Source: an uncultured Alphaproteobacteria bacterium
GTDB lineage: Bacteria > Pseudomonadota > Alphaproteobacteria > UBA9655
Reading direction: 5' to 3'
Length of the DNA: 64,000 bases
Assembly (NCBI GenBank): GCA_963704475.1
Contig: OY969900.1
Span: forward strand, 1,301,453 to 1,365,452
Shown here: positions 1-10,170 of the stretch, in pieces
Layout of the letters: each line of letters starts with the position of its first letter
How positions within the stretch are numbered: position 1 is the first letter of the stretch
Notes under the pieces: generated by a model
The model's input: the letters and a program-made list of their open reading frames with translations, nothing else
Databases searched by the model: none
Told to the model about the DNA's origin: nothing
Translations under genes and position numbers: made by a program

Positions 1-458
1 TTTATAGGAGGCGCATCCGTAACGCCTGTGATTTTATTTTTGTCGTCTTTGAGGGAAGAGGCAAGACCTGTTGCATAGGGATCTGTTACCGCACTGAACA
101 CGATGGGAAGGGCATCTCGACCGACAGCCTTTACAATCGTTTGAGCCGAAGGGGTTGTGAGAGCCACAATAACATCTGGTGCTGGTTTTAACCCTATAAA
201 CTTACGAGAAATTTGCGTGGCTATTGCGGCATTGCCTTGAGCATTTTCAAAGGTAACGACGAGATTTTTGCCGTTTTTGTATCCTTTGTGTGCGAGTTCT
301 TCCAAAAGACCTTCACGCACCGCATCCACAGCTACATGCTCAACGAACTGGGTAATAGCGATATGCTTGGGAGGAGACTCTGCGATGATAGGAGAAATGA
401 GGGTAAGCGAAAGGGTGAGAGTTTTGAGTGTATTTTTTAAGAGGGTTGAAGTCGACAT
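1..458 (-). CDS. ABC transporter substrate-binding protein (COG2984/PF04392-like); 3-prime end lies outside the window
   Basis: Manual reverse-strand translation from the ATG at 458 gives MSTSTLLKNTLKTLTLSLTLISPIIAESPPKHIAITQFVEHVAVDAVREGLLEELAHKGYKNGKNLVVTFENAQGNAAIATQISRKF... It has a signal peptide followed by a periplasmic-binding-protein pattern, and the frame stays open to position 1. Confidence 0.65.
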   Translation of the reverse strand, partial: MSTSTLLKNTLKTLTLSLTLISPIIAESPPKHIAITQFVEHVAVDAVREGLLEELAHKGYKNGKNLVVTFENAQGNAAIATQISRKFIGLKPAPDVIVALTTPSAQTIVKAVGRDALPIVFSAVTDPYATGLASSLKDDKNKITGVTDAPPI

Positions 459-818
459 CGTTTTATCCTATTTTCAAGTGGAATCAAAAAGTTAAGGGTT
501 TTTGAGCTTCCGCTTCTAAATCGAAAATAGGTCATACCTGCCTCCGTTAAGTCAATTTACCAATAAGCTATTTTGCCTTACCTTAACGCAGTGTGCAAGT
601 TTTTTTAGGGGAGAACAGCTCACATCCAGGGTGATTCAATGCAAATAAGTAAGATGTTATGTTTCGGCCTTCGTTAATTAATCAGCCAAATACTCAACAG
701 TCCCCATGCAAACTCCCGGCCGTAAGTTTTTTGAGCATGTTGGTATAGAGTTTCTCCGTGACAACGTCCCCTGATTTTTATACCCTACTGTCACTTCATC
801 AAAGTAAACTGGAACGCC

Positions 819-3419
819 ATGCAACCTCTCGCCTCACCCTCTTCTCAAACCCCTATGATGGCTCAGTATTTAGAGATTAAAGCGCAGTATCCTAACTGCC
901 TTTTGTTTTACCGGCTGGGGGATTTTTATGAGCTTTTTTTTGAGGATGCGCTTCTTGCCTCAAAGGCGCTTGATATTGCCTTAACGCGCCGTGGCAAAGC
1001 AAAGGATGGCGAGGATATTCCCATGTGTGGTGTGCCTGCCCATGCGGGGGATCACTATCTAGCGCGTCTTATTCGTCAAGGCTATCGGGTGGCAATTTGT
1101 GAGCAAACGGAAGAGGCTTCCACGCGAAAAACAAAAGCGCCATTGGCGCGGGACGTTGTACGGGTGATAACGCCCGGAACGCTGACGGAAGAAAGCCTTT
1201 TAGAAGCTTCTCAAAACAATTTCCTTACGGCCCTTGTGCCAGGCAAAGGCGGCACCCTTGGGCTTGCCTCCATTGATATTTCAACGGGGGATTTTTTTGC
1301 TGAATCATCAAGTCTTCCGCTTCTTGAAACCGTACTGGCTCGGTTGAGGCCGGGCGAGCTTCTTCTCCCCGATTATTTTCTGAAAACCCCTGAACTTTAT
1401 GAGCTTTTTCAAGAGATGAAAAAGCGCCTCACGCCCTTGCCCGCAAGTCGATTTGATGAGCAAAATGGCCTTGAACGCTTGAAAACTCTTTATGGTGTGG
1501 AAACACTTGAAGCTTTTGGGGAGTTTAAGCCTCCAGAAATTGCCGCCTGTGGCGCCCTTGTGGACTATATTCGGTTGACCCAAAAGAAGGATATTCCCTC
1601 CCTCAAACCCCCAAAGCGTCTGAAAGAAGGAGGACGACTCGAGCTTGATGCGGCAACCCGGCGCAATTTAGAGCTTCATCTCTCCCTCTCTGGAGAAAAA
1701 AGGGGAAGTTTGCTTGAGGTAATTGATTGCACCTCAACGCCTATGGGCGCGCGCCTTCTTTCCCATCATTTAAGCGCACCATTGACGGACCTTCCCACCC
1801 TTCAAAAGCGTCTGGCGTGTGTGGATTTCCTTTATGAAAACCTTGAGCTTTTAAAAGCCTTGCAGGCTGTGTTGCGGTGTTGTCCTGATCTTGAACGCCC
1901 TCTCTCGCGGTTGACGTGGGGACGCGGAGGACCACGTGACCTTGCGGCTCTTAATCGTGGGCTTACCTTGCTTCCCGATATTCAAAAGATTTTTGAGGGC
2001 TCTGATCTTCCCGCTCCCCTCACGGCTACGTGTAAGCGGTTGGGATATTATGAGGAGATGACCACACGCCTGACGCGCGCCCTTAAGGATGAGCTTCCGC
2101 CCCTGGTCCGGGATGGCGGGTTTATTCGCCCTGGTTATCACCCGCCCTTAGATGATCTTTTGGCTTTGAAGGAAAATAGCAAAGGAGCGCTTGAGGAACT
2201 GACGCAAAAATATATCGCAGAGACGGGGATTTCCTCCCTTAAAATTAAGCATAATAATATTGTGGGCTATCATATAGAGGTGACTCATCTCCATAAGGAT
2301 AAACTGGGCCCTTCTTTTATTCACCGCCAGACTATGGCAGGGGCTATGCGGTTTACAACGCCTGAGCTGGCTGAGTTGGAGAAGAAAATTATTGGCGCGT
2401 CTGATCAAGCCTTGGCACTTGAAATGCGTCTTTTCCAAGACCTGGTTGATGAAGTTGTGGGCAGAACAGCAGAAATTATTGAAACAGCTCATGCCCTTGC
2501 GGCCCTGGATGTCTCTGCTAGTCACGCCTCTTTAGCGCGGACAAAAAATTATACAAAACCGCTTCTCGATGAAACCTTAGCCTTTGAGATTGAAGAAGGA
2601 CGCCACCCCGTTGTGGAAGCGCTTCTTCCCTCCACCACGCCATTTATCCCCAATACATGTGTGCTGACGGGGCTGTGGCTTCTTACTGGGCCTAATATGG
2701 CGGGCAAGAGTACATTCTTACGCCAGAATGCGTTGATTGCTTTGATGGCGCATATGGGGATGTATGTGCCCGCAAAACGAGCGCACATCGGGATTATTGA
2801 TCGCATCTTTAGCCGCGTAGGGGCCTCTGATGATCTCGCGAGAGGTCGCTCAACGTTTATGGTTGAGATGACGGAAACAGCAACTATCTTGAATCAGGCC
2901 ACACCTAAAAGTTTTGTTATTCTGGACGAAATTGGGCGTGGCACCGCGACGTTTGATGGACTCTCTTTGGCGTGGGCGTGTGTTGAGCATTTGGTTCATG
3001 TCAACCAATCCCGCTCCTTGTTTGCGACCCATTATCATGAACTTACTGCGCTCGATAAAGCTTTACCGGAGGTGAGCTGTTATACGGTAAAAATTCGTGA
3101 ATGGGAGGATCAGATTGTTTTCCTTCATGAAATTGTTCAAGGAACCGCTGATAAATCTTACGGCATTCATGTGGGAAAGCTTGCGGGGCTCCCCCTCTCT
3201 GTTGTGAAAAGGGCCGAAGATGTCCTGAAAACATTAGAAGAGACAAAGTCCAAACCAACCCTTGCCTCGGCACCCCTCCCTCTTTTTCGGGAAGTGTATA
3301 AAGCCCCCAGTCCTCTTGAAAAGGCGATCAAGGATATGGACCCAGATGGGTTGTCGCCCAAAGAGGCGTTAGAGAAACTTTATGCGTTGAAGAAGATGCT
3401 ATCACAGCGCTCTCGGTGA
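819..3419 (+). CDS. mutS: DNA mismatch repair protein MutS
   Basis: 866 aa. N-terminal TPMMAQYLEIKAQYPNCLLFYRLGDFYELFFEDA, Walker A GPNMAGKSTFLRQ, and STFMVEMTETA / ILDEIGRGT motifs. Confidence 0.95.
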   Translation: MQPLASPSSQTPMMAQYLEIKAQYPNCLLFYRLGDFYELFFEDALLASKALDIALTRRGKAKDGEDIPMCGVPAHAGDHYLARLIRQGYRVAICEQTEEASTRKTKAPLARDVVRVITPGTLTEESLLEASQNNFLTALVPGKGGTLGLASIDISTGDFFAESSSLPLLETVLARLRPGELLLPDYFLKTPELYELFQEMKKRLTPLPASRFDEQNGLERLKTLYGVETLEAFGEFKPPEIAACGALVDYIRLTQKKDIPSLKPPKRLKEGGRLELDAATRRNLELHLSLSGEKRGSLLEVIDCTSTPMGARLLSHHLSAPLTDLPTLQKRLACVDFLYENLELLKALQAVLRCCPDLERPLSRLTWGRGGPRDLAALNRGLTLLPDIQKIFEGSDLPAPLTATCKRLGYYEEMTTRLTRALKDELPPLVRDGGFIRPGYHPPLDDLLALKENSKGALEELTQKYIAETGISSLKIKHNNIVGYHIEVTHLHKDKLGPSFIHRQTMAGAMRFTTPELAELEKKIIGASDQALALEMRLFQDLVDEVVGRTAEIIETAHALAALDVSASHASLARTKNYTKPLLDETLAFEIEEGRHPVVEALLPSTTPFIPNTCVLTGLWLLTGPNMAGKSTFLRQNALIALMAHMGMYVPAKRAHIGIIDRIFSRVGASDDLARGRSTFMVEMTETATILNQATPKSFVILDEIGRGTATFDGLSLAWACVEHLVHVNQSRSLFATHYHELTALDKALPEVSCYTVKIREWEDQIVFLHEIVQGTADKSYGIHVGKLAGLPLSVVKRAEDVLKTLEETKSKPTLASAPLPLFREVYKAPSPLEKAIKDMDPDGLSPKEALEKLYALKKMLSQRSR

Positions 3420-3495
3420 GAGCTTTCTCTAGTTCAAGGAAGACAAGAGTTGGAGAAGTTTTGAGTTATTTCATATGAAACAATTTTAAGAAAAA

Positions 3496-4347
3496 ATGAA
3501 AATACTACCCTACCTAAAACTTGCGCGGCTCCATCGTCTCCATGGGGTGTGGCTTGTGCTCTTCCCCAGTTGGTGGGGAATTGCTTTAGCAAGCCCCACA
3601 AACCCTCCCTTGTTTCTTCTCTTTCTTTTTGCTCTAGGAGCAATTCTGATGCGGAGTGCAGGATGCATTTATAACGATATGATTGATAAGGATTTTGATG
3701 CAAAGGTCAGACGAACCGCAACACGTCCTCTTGCGGCCGGAGAATTAACCGTTAAGGAAGCAACTCCTTTTCTTATCCTTCTTTTGTCTGGGGCAGCCTT
3801 GATTCTTTTGAGCCTTCCCCTCCCTGCCATCATCACGGGATGCATCGCTCTTCTTTTTATTTTTCTTTACCCTTGGATGAAACGCATTACCTATTGGCCG
3901 CAACTTTTCTTAGGCATAACATTTAATATGGGACTTTTGATGGGGTGGTTGAGTCTTTCTCCCATCCTCTCGCCCACTCCCCTTCTTTTTTATGGCGGGG
4001 CCATTTTATGGACCCTTGGGTATGACACAATTTATGGGTTGCAAGATATTGAAGATGATCTGAGGGTGGGCATCAAATCTTCTGCTATTGCCGTCTCTTC
4101 ACATCTGAAACCCTTTTTAAGCATCGTTTATGGAGGGGCATTTTTCCTATGGGGAGTGGGGGGATATGTAGCGCATCTTAAAGGGCCATTTTGGATCTTT
4201 TGGGTGCTCATTATGGCTCAATTTATGTGGCAAATCCTTACGTTACAACAAGACATCCCTTCCAATTGTTTGAAACGCTTTCAGTCCAATACCTTCGTTG
4301 GAATCCTTTTGTTTCTTGGCATTGTATTTTCGCGTGTTTTACACTAG
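3496..4347 (+). CDS. ubiA: 4-hydroxybenzoate polyprenyltransferase (UbiA family)
   Basis: 283-aa polytopic protein with the NDMIDKDFD (NDxxDxxxD) prenyltransferase motif and a second DIEDD motif. Confidence 0.88.
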   Translation: MKILPYLKLARLHRLHGVWLVLFPSWWGIALASPTNPPLFLLFLFALGAILMRSAGCIYNDMIDKDFDAKVRRTATRPLAAGELTVKEATPFLILLLSGAALILLSLPLPAIITGCIALLFIFLYPWMKRITYWPQLFLGITFNMGLLMGWLSLSPILSPTPLLFYGGAILWTLGYDTIYGLQDIEDDLRVGIKSSAIAVSSHLKPFLSIVYGGAFFLWGVGGYVAHLKGPFWIFWVLIMAQFMWQILTLQQDIPSNCLKRFQSNTFVGILLFLGIVFSRVLH

Positions 4348-4357
4348 TAATTATTAA

Positions 4358-6139
4358 ATGAAATTTTTAGATCTGTTTTCTGATAAAACGACCCTTTCTC
4401 TCGTGCGTCGCTTATGGCGTGAGCATATTAAAGTTTACCGCTGGCCTATTGTCGGGGGGCTTTTGTGTATGACCCTTGCGGCTGCAACAACGGCGATGCT
4501 CGCAAAAATGCTACAACCCCTGTTTGATGATGTTTTTATGGCACGCAATGAAGCCATGCTCTTTCAGGTGGCTTTTTTGGTTTTAGGGATTTTTATCCTT
4601 AAAGGGCTTTCGAGCTTTGGGGAATCCCTTAGCATGATTTATGTGGGGCAAAAAATCATTGGAGATATCCAAAAGCGTCTCTTCGATCACTTCATTACGG
4701 CGGATCTTGCCTATTTTCATACCCGGTCAAGCGGAGAGATAGTCTCTCGTTTTACGAACGATGTGAACTTGATGCGGAGCGCTGTCACCACAACGTTGAC
4801 GAGCATCGGTAAAGACACCCTGTCTCTTTTTTTTCTCATTGGCTTGATGTTTTACCAAGATTGGCTTTTGGCCGTTTTAGCCTTTTTTGTTTTTCCCGTG
4901 TCGATTCTCCCCATCGTAAAAATTGGTCAGAAGATAAGAAAAGTCTCCCTAAATACCCAGGAAGAAATGGGCGCTTTTACGATTTTTCTGCATCAAGTTT
5001 TTCAAGGCATGCGTGTCGTAAAATCATATGGTATGGAATATTATGAGAAAAAACGGGCTCATCTTCTGATTAACACTCTCTCCCGGTTGAATATTAAAGC
5101 AGGACGTGTACGTGTGGCGTCCCATCCAATTATGGAAACCCTAGGAGGAATTGCCATTGTCATTGTCATCCTTTACGGGGGAACGCAAGTGATTGCAGGG
5201 AACAGAACAACAGGGGCCTTTATTTCCTTTATCACAGCGCTCTTGTTTGCTTACGAGCCTCTGAAACGCTTGGCAAATCTGAATGCAAGTTTACAAGAGG
5301 GGCTGGCAGCCGCATCGCGAATTTTTACAGCCCTTGACTTAAAACCAAAGATCGTAAGCAAATCAAAAGCTCTTCCTTTAGACGTTCAAAACGGGGAGAT
5401 CATCTTAGATAACGTGAGTTTTTCATATCCTAATGGCAAGAAAGCACTTAAAAATATTTCTCTTCAAATTTCAGCAGGAAAACGGATCGCCCTGGTGGGG
5501 CCGAGTGGATCTGGAAAGTCAACGCTTTTAAATCTAATCCCCCGTTTCTATGAGGTTTCTGAAGGAACAATACGTATCGATGGTGTTGACATTCGTACCG
5601 TCAAATTAAGCTCTTTGCGCGCTCAGATTGCCCTTGTCAGCCAAGAAGTTATTTTGTTTGATGATACCGTTAAGGCCAATATTGCATATGGGCGATGGGA
5701 TGCTGGGGAAGAAGAAATTTACACGGCTGCAAAAGCTGCTGCTGCTCATACCTTTATCAAGGCCCTTCCTCAAGGGTATGATACAATTGTGGGAGAGCAA
5801 GGGGTGCGCCTTTCCGGCGGTCAGCGCCAGCGACTCTCTATTGCTCGAGCTATGCTTAAAAACGCCCCTCTTCTTTTACTCGATGAAGCAACCTCTTCCC
5901 TTGATACGGTTTCTGAGCGGCAAGTCCAAGCAGCCTTGAATCGTCTCATGGAGGGACGCACAACGGTTGTGGTCGCTCATCGTCTTTCTACTGTGAGAGA
6001 TGCCGATATAATCTATGTGATTGAAGAGGGGGAAGTCTCAGAAAAAGGAACGCACCTTGAGCTTCTAAAAAACAATAAAACATATGCAAAACTTGTAGAT
6101 CTTCAATTTATGACAGATACAATACCCATTGCATCTTGA
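4358..6139 (+). CDS. msbA: ABC transporter permease/ATPase, MsbA-like lipid A exporter
   Basis: 593 aa with an N-terminal 6-TM domain, Walker A GPSGSGKST, signature LSGGQRQR and Walker B LLLDEATS. It sits directly upstream of waaA/lpxK/lpxL. Confidence 0.8.
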   Translation: MKFLDLFSDKTTLSLVRRLWREHIKVYRWPIVGGLLCMTLAAATTAMLAKMLQPLFDDVFMARNEAMLFQVAFLVLGIFILKGLSSFGESLSMIYVGQKIIGDIQKRLFDHFITADLAYFHTRSSGEIVSRFTNDVNLMRSAVTTTLTSIGKDTLSLFFLIGLMFYQDWLLAVLAFFVFPVSILPIVKIGQKIRKVSLNTQEEMGAFTIFLHQVFQGMRVVKSYGMEYYEKKRAHLLINTLSRLNIKAGRVRVASHPIMETLGGIAIVIVILYGGTQVIAGNRTTGAFISFITALLFAYEPLKRLANLNASLQEGLAAASRIFTALDLKPKIVSKSKALPLDVQNGEIILDNVSFSYPNGKKALKNISLQISAGKRIALVGPSGSGKSTLLNLIPRFYEVSEGTIRIDGVDIRTVKLSSLRAQIALVSQEVILFDDTVKANIAYGRWDAGEEEIYTAAKAAAAHTFIKALPQGYDTIVGEQGVRLSGGQRQRLSIARAMLKNAPLLLLDEATSSLDTVSERQVQAALNRLMEGRTTVVVAHRLSTVRDADIIYVIEEGEVSEKGTHLELLKNNKTYAKLVDLQFMTDTIPIAS

Positions 6140-6831
6140 GGCTACTGATATATATGAGACTTTTAAAAATAGTACGCAAATCATCGGCTGTTCGCTGGCT
6201 TGCCGCTTTTCTCATCACTACGTATGTAAGACTCGTATGGCTTACAAGTACGTGGGAGTTTTTAGGCAAAGAACATCCAGATCCCTATTGGCAGCAGAAC
6301 AAACCCTTAATTGGGTGTTTTTGGCACGGCCGCCTTCTGATGATGTTTAAAGTATGGTTTGGAAAGCACCCCCTTCATATGCTGACGTCAAATCATGCGG
6401 ATGGTAGAATCCTCGCACAGACAATAGAAAACTTTGGCTTTAAGGGGATTGCAGGATCTTCTAGTAAAGGTGGGAGAAAAGCTTTTTTAGCAATCGTAAA
6501 GATTCTGCACCTTGGTGAATCTGTAGGGATTACCCCTGATGGGCCACGAGGCCCACGTTACACGGTCAGCCCCGGGGTTATTCGTATGGCGCGCCTTGGG
6601 AATGCCGCGATCTTACCAGTAACTTATTCCTCGACAAAGGGAATTTTTATGAAGACTTGGGATCGATTTTTTCTGCCCCTTCCTTTTGGGAAAGGGGTTT
6701 TTATATATGGTCCTGTTTTTGATGTTGCAGGGTCTTCTAAAAGTGAGGAAGACTTGTGTCAAGAACTTGAAACTGTGCTGAGAGATCTAACGAAAAAGGC
6801 AGATCTTTATTGTGGATGGAAAGAGCCATGA
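6136..6831 (+). CDS. DUF374 domain protein (lysophospholipid acyltransferase-like)
   Basis: 231 aa. FWHGRLLMM...SNHADGRILAQ...ITPDGPRGPRY is typical of the DUF374 genes found between msbA and waaA in alphaproteobacteria. Its start overlaps the msbA stop. Confidence 0.7.
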   Translation: MRLLIYMRLLKIVRKSSAVRWLAAFLITTYVRLVWLTSTWEFLGKEHPDPYWQQNKPLIGCFWHGRLLMMFKVWFGKHPLHMLTSNHADGRILAQTIENFGFKGIAGSSSKGGRKAFLAIVKILHLGESVGITPDGPRGPRYTVSPGVIRMARLGNAAILPVTYSSTKGIFMKTWDRFFLPLPFGKGVFIYGPVFDVAGSSKSEEDLCQELETVLRDLTKKADLYCGWKEP

Positions 6832-8102
6832 GTATTCTACGCAGCGGATATTCTGGACTTTCTTGGGCGAGTACGCCCTTTGTTTTAGGGTACTTAAAAT
6901 GGAGAGCCTTCAAGGGTCATGAAGATAAAAATCGCTTAAAAGAACGTAACGGGGTGGCGAGTATTCCCCGCCCCAATAAGCCTCTTGTATGGGTACATGC
7001 TGTAAGTGTTGGAGAAGCCGTAAGTGCTCTTACCCTCATGCAGGCTATTTTAAAAAAATATCCTGGAATTTATGGATTACTCACAACAACCACAGTTTCT
7101 TCAGCAAAAGTTATTCAACAAAGATTGCCAAAAAATATCATTCATCAATATGGCCCCGTAGATACACCGCCCGCCATCAATCGTTTTTTAAACCACTGGC
7201 AACCTGATCTTGCTATTTGGGTGGAATCAGAACTGTGGCCAAACCTTATACACCAAACGCAAGAAAGAGGGATTCCAACGATTCTTTTCAATGGACGAAT
7301 GTCGCCTAAAAGTTTCTCGAATTGGAAAAAAGTAAAAGGGATGATCTCTCCTCTTTTGAAGCGGCTTTCTTTATGTGCCGTACAATCAGAAGATCAAGCA
7401 TTTTTTTTCAAAACCTTAGGAGCTACGTCTATTTCCATTATGAACAATGCAAAGATGATGATGACGCCCTTAAGGATAGATCCTAAAAAATATGCAGCTC
7501 TCAGACAAGAAATTGGGTCTCGTCCACTTGTGTTTGCTGCAAGTACCCACGCCGGAGAAGAAGAGATTATCATAGCGGCCCATAAAACGCTCAAACGCGA
7601 CTATCCCGATCTTCTGACCATTATAGCGCCCCGTCATATCAAGAGGGCACCTTTTCTATATAACCTTGTTTTAAAAGAAGGCCTTGCCGTGACGTTGCGT
7701 ACCATCCCCTCATCCTTGGAGGGCACGGATATCTATATTGCAAATACCTTAGGAGAGATGGGACTTTTTTATGCCCTTTCTCCTGTTGTTATTATGGGAG
7801 GCACTTTTGTACCCACAGGAGGGCATAATCCTATTGAAGCCGCCCAATTTGGATCTTTTATTCTTCATGGCCCTCATGTATTTAATAATCCCCAATTGTA
7901 TGAGGCGCTTGCGGCTTTGAACTTAAGTCAATGTGTTTCCGATCCCGCTTTTCTTGCCTCTTGTCTTCGACCCTGGCTTGATGTGCGGAAAGACACCTAT
8001 GAAGAGCCGCAAAGCCTTAAAACGTACCGAGAAGAAGGTTTGCGTCATTTAATGATCGAGCTTGCCCCTTATTTAAAAACATTGAGAAAAGAAAGAGGAT
8101 GA
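6828..8102 (+). CDS. waaA: 3-deoxy-D-manno-octulosonic acid (Kdo) transferase
   Basis: VWVHAVSVGEAVSALTLM motif. The ATG at 6828 forms an ATGA overlap with the upstream stop (the ORF track begins at 6810). Confidence 0.9.
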   Translation: MSILRSGYSGLSWASTPFVLGYLKWRAFKGHEDKNRLKERNGVASIPRPNKPLVWVHAVSVGEAVSALTLMQAILKKYPGIYGLLTTTTVSSAKVIQQRLPKNIIHQYGPVDTPPAINRFLNHWQPDLAIWVESELWPNLIHQTQERGIPTILFNGRMSPKSFSNWKKVKGMISPLLKRLSLCAVQSEDQAFFFKTLGATSISIMNNAKMMMTPLRIDPKKYAALRQEIGSRPLVFAASTHAGEEEIIIAAHKTLKRDYPDLLTIIAPRHIKRAPFLYNLVLKEGLAVTLRTIPSSLEGTDIYIANTLGEMGLFYALSPVVIMGGTFVPTGGHNPIEAAQFGSFILHGPHVFNNPQLYEALAALNLSQCVSDPAFLASCLRPWLDVRKDTYEEPQSLKTYREEGLRHLMIELAPYLKTLRKERG

Positions 8103-9055
8103 AAACGCCGTCTTTTTGGTATACGCCTCCTGGCCTGCTTTCATCCCTTCTCCGCCCTTTGGGTTGGCTTTATGGGAAGGGGGGGGAAATATACCAAGAC
8201 TTAAAAACCGCTCAGCATTTTTCGATCCCCATCATTAGTGTCGGAAATATTATCTGTGGGGGATCGGGCAAAACACCTGTTGCTATTGCTCTGGCTAAGC
8301 TTTTAAAAAAGAAAGGGTTTAAGATTCACTTTGTTACCCGCGGGTATGGAGGAACAGTCCAGGGCCCCATAAAAGTTATCCCCTCTCTTCATACAGCAAA
8401 AGAGGTTGGGGATGAGCCTCTTCTTCTGGTGCAACATGCCCCCACATGGGTTGCAAAAGATCGCCGTAAGGGCGTCCAAAAAGCTGTAGAGGAGGGAGCA
8501 GAGCTTGTTATTCTAGACGATGGCCATCAAACGTCAGGTCTTCATAAGGATATCTCACTTGTGGTTGTGGACCTTGTGCAAGGCTTTGGGAATGGGTGCG
8601 TTCTTCCCGCAGGGCCTTTACGAGAAAACCTTGAGGAGGGGCTTGCCCGTGCTACCGCCATTATTGGTGTGGGAGACGGAGATTTTGCCACCCCAAAACC
8701 CTTTTTTAGAGCTCACACTATCCCTCGCCCTTTCTCGTTCTCATCCCAGAAGGTCGTGGCATTCTGTGGGCTTGGCTTCCCCCAGAAGTTCTATAAGAGT
8801 TTAAAAGAAAGCTGCGTTAACGCTGTTGCTACAAAAAGTTTCCCGGATCATTATGCATACACGGAAAAAGACTTGGAGGAGCTTCAAAAATTAGCAAGAA
8901 GCCTTCAAGCAACGTTGGTCACAACGCGCAAAGATTGGGTAAGATTGTCACCTTCGTGGCAACAAAAGGTTCAGGTCTTAGATATTGAGATTCAGTTTGA
9001 GGACGAGGCTGCTCTCCTTGACTTGTTGCATTCCATTGTCAACTTTTCGATTTAA
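8099..9055 (+). CDS. lpxK: tetraacyldisaccharide 4-prime-kinase
   Basis: 318 aa. P-loop VGNIICGGSGKTPVAIALAKLL is typical of LpxK. ATGA overlap with waaA. Confidence 0.9.
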   Translation: MKTPSFWYTPPGLLSSLLRPLGWLYGKGGEIYQDLKTAQHFSIPIISVGNIICGGSGKTPVAIALAKLLKKKGFKIHFVTRGYGGTVQGPIKVIPSLHTAKEVGDEPLLLVQHAPTWVAKDRRKGVQKAVEEGAELVILDDGHQTSGLHKDISLVVVDLVQGFGNGCVLPAGPLRENLEEGLARATAIIGVGDGDFATPKPFFRAHTIPRPFSFSSQKVVAFCGLGFPQKFYKSLKESCVNAVATKSFPDHYAYTEKDLEELQKLARSLQATLVTTRKDWVRLSPSWQQKVQVLDIEIQFEDEAALLDLLHSIVNFSI

Positions 9056-9094
9056 CGTTAAATATAATGAGCAAATTGCAAAAGTATCCCCCGG

Positions 9095-9242
9095 TTGTCA
9101 TCCCGAATTTATTTCGGGACCCCATGCCCTGGGAGCTCATTGTTACGGGATCCCTCGTTTGTCACCCCGGACTTGATCCGGGATCTCATTGTCATGGGGT
9201 CCTGAAACAAGTTCAGGAGACAGTGTTGTTCAGGATGACAAC
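9095..9242. repeat. RPE-like palindromic element, two abutting copies (family 1)
   Basis: ttgtcatcccgaatttatttcgggac... followed by ttgtcaccccggacttgatccgggatctcattgtcatggggtcctgaaacaagttcagga...caggatgacaac. The same unit recurs at 10313, 17948, 23107 and 62214. Confidence 0.85.
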
Positions 9243-9279
9243 AAAACAGATGACGCCTGAGTAAGAGAAAGAAGAAAAC

Positions 9280-10170
9280 GTGAAACGTCGTATCCTTAAA
9301 AACATCCAGCACCTTTTAGAAGCCATAGGCGCCTGGCCGACATTCTATATTTTCCATTATCTTTTACCCTTTAAAGTTAATTCTAACCTTATGGGATGGC
9401 TTGGGCGCACTATTGGGCCACGCTTAGGCTTAAGTCAAAGGGCCCGTACAAATCTTAAAAAATGTTTTCCCTATCTCACACCTCCTCAAATTGAAACAAT
9501 CGTTGAGAGGATGTGGGACAATTATGGCCGCCTTATTGCTGAATACGCCCATCCTGAGGCGTTTTGGGATGGAAAGAGCTTACACAATATTGAGATCAAA
9601 GGCATAGAACACCTTAAACAGCTTCAAAATGATGGAAAACCAGGCATTATTTTTACAGCTCACACAGGCAACTGGCAAATGATCACGCTTGCGGCCCAAT
9701 CCCTTGGATTTGAACTCACTCAGATGTATAGAAGTGCCAATAATCCATGGGTGGACCACTTAATGCTTTACTGTCAGAAATTGGCCGTCAAAAATGTGAT
9801 TACAAAAAAAGGAGGGGGACCAAAAGACCTTCTCTCGCTTATCAAAAAAGGAGAGCATGCACTTCTTCTCATCGACCAAAAAATGGGAGAGGGACTCCCA
9901 GTTCCCTTTCTTGGCCGGGATGCCATGACAGCGAAGGGAATAGCTCGTTTTTATCTTAACCAGAACTGCCCTTTATTGCCGGCTCGCAGCGAACGGCTTT
10001 CTGCATTTTCCTTTCGCGTTACGTTTTATCCTCCTGTTGAGTTTATCCCTCAGGGTGACCAACAACAAGATATGTATAACCTTCTCCTGCAGATCAATAC
10101 GATGGTCGGAGACTGGGTTATAGAGCACCCCGAACAATGGCTTTGGCTCCATCGTCGGTGGGATAAATGA
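9280..10170 (+). CDS. lpxL: lipid A biosynthesis lauroyl/myristoyl acyltransferase (LpxL/HtrB family)
   Basis: 296 aa, GTG start. HTGNWQM catalytic-type motif and a C-terminal HPEQWLWLHRRW typical of PF03279. Confidence 0.82.
   Translation: MKRRILKNIQHLLEAIGAWPTFYIFHYLLPFKVNSNLMGWLGRTIGPRLGLSQRARTNLKKCFPYLTPPQIETIVERMWDNYGRLIAEYAHPEAFWDGKSLHNIEIKGIEHLKQLQNDGKPGIIFTAHTGNWQMITLAAQSLGFELTQMYRSANNPWVDHLMLYCQKLAVKNVITKKGGGPKDLLSLIKKGEHALLLIDQKMGEGLPVPFLGRDAMTAKGIARFYLNQNCPLLPARSERLSAFSFRVTFYPPVEFIPQGDQQQDMYNLLLQINTMVGDWVIEHPEQWLWLHRRWDK

Noticed and set aside
9067-9312. ORFs 9067-9264 (+) and 9109-9312 (-) between lpxK and lpxL.
   Set aside because: Both are made almost entirely of family 1 palindromic repeat sequence (CHPGLDPGSHCHGVLKQVQ). 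The same peptides appear wherever the repeat occurs.
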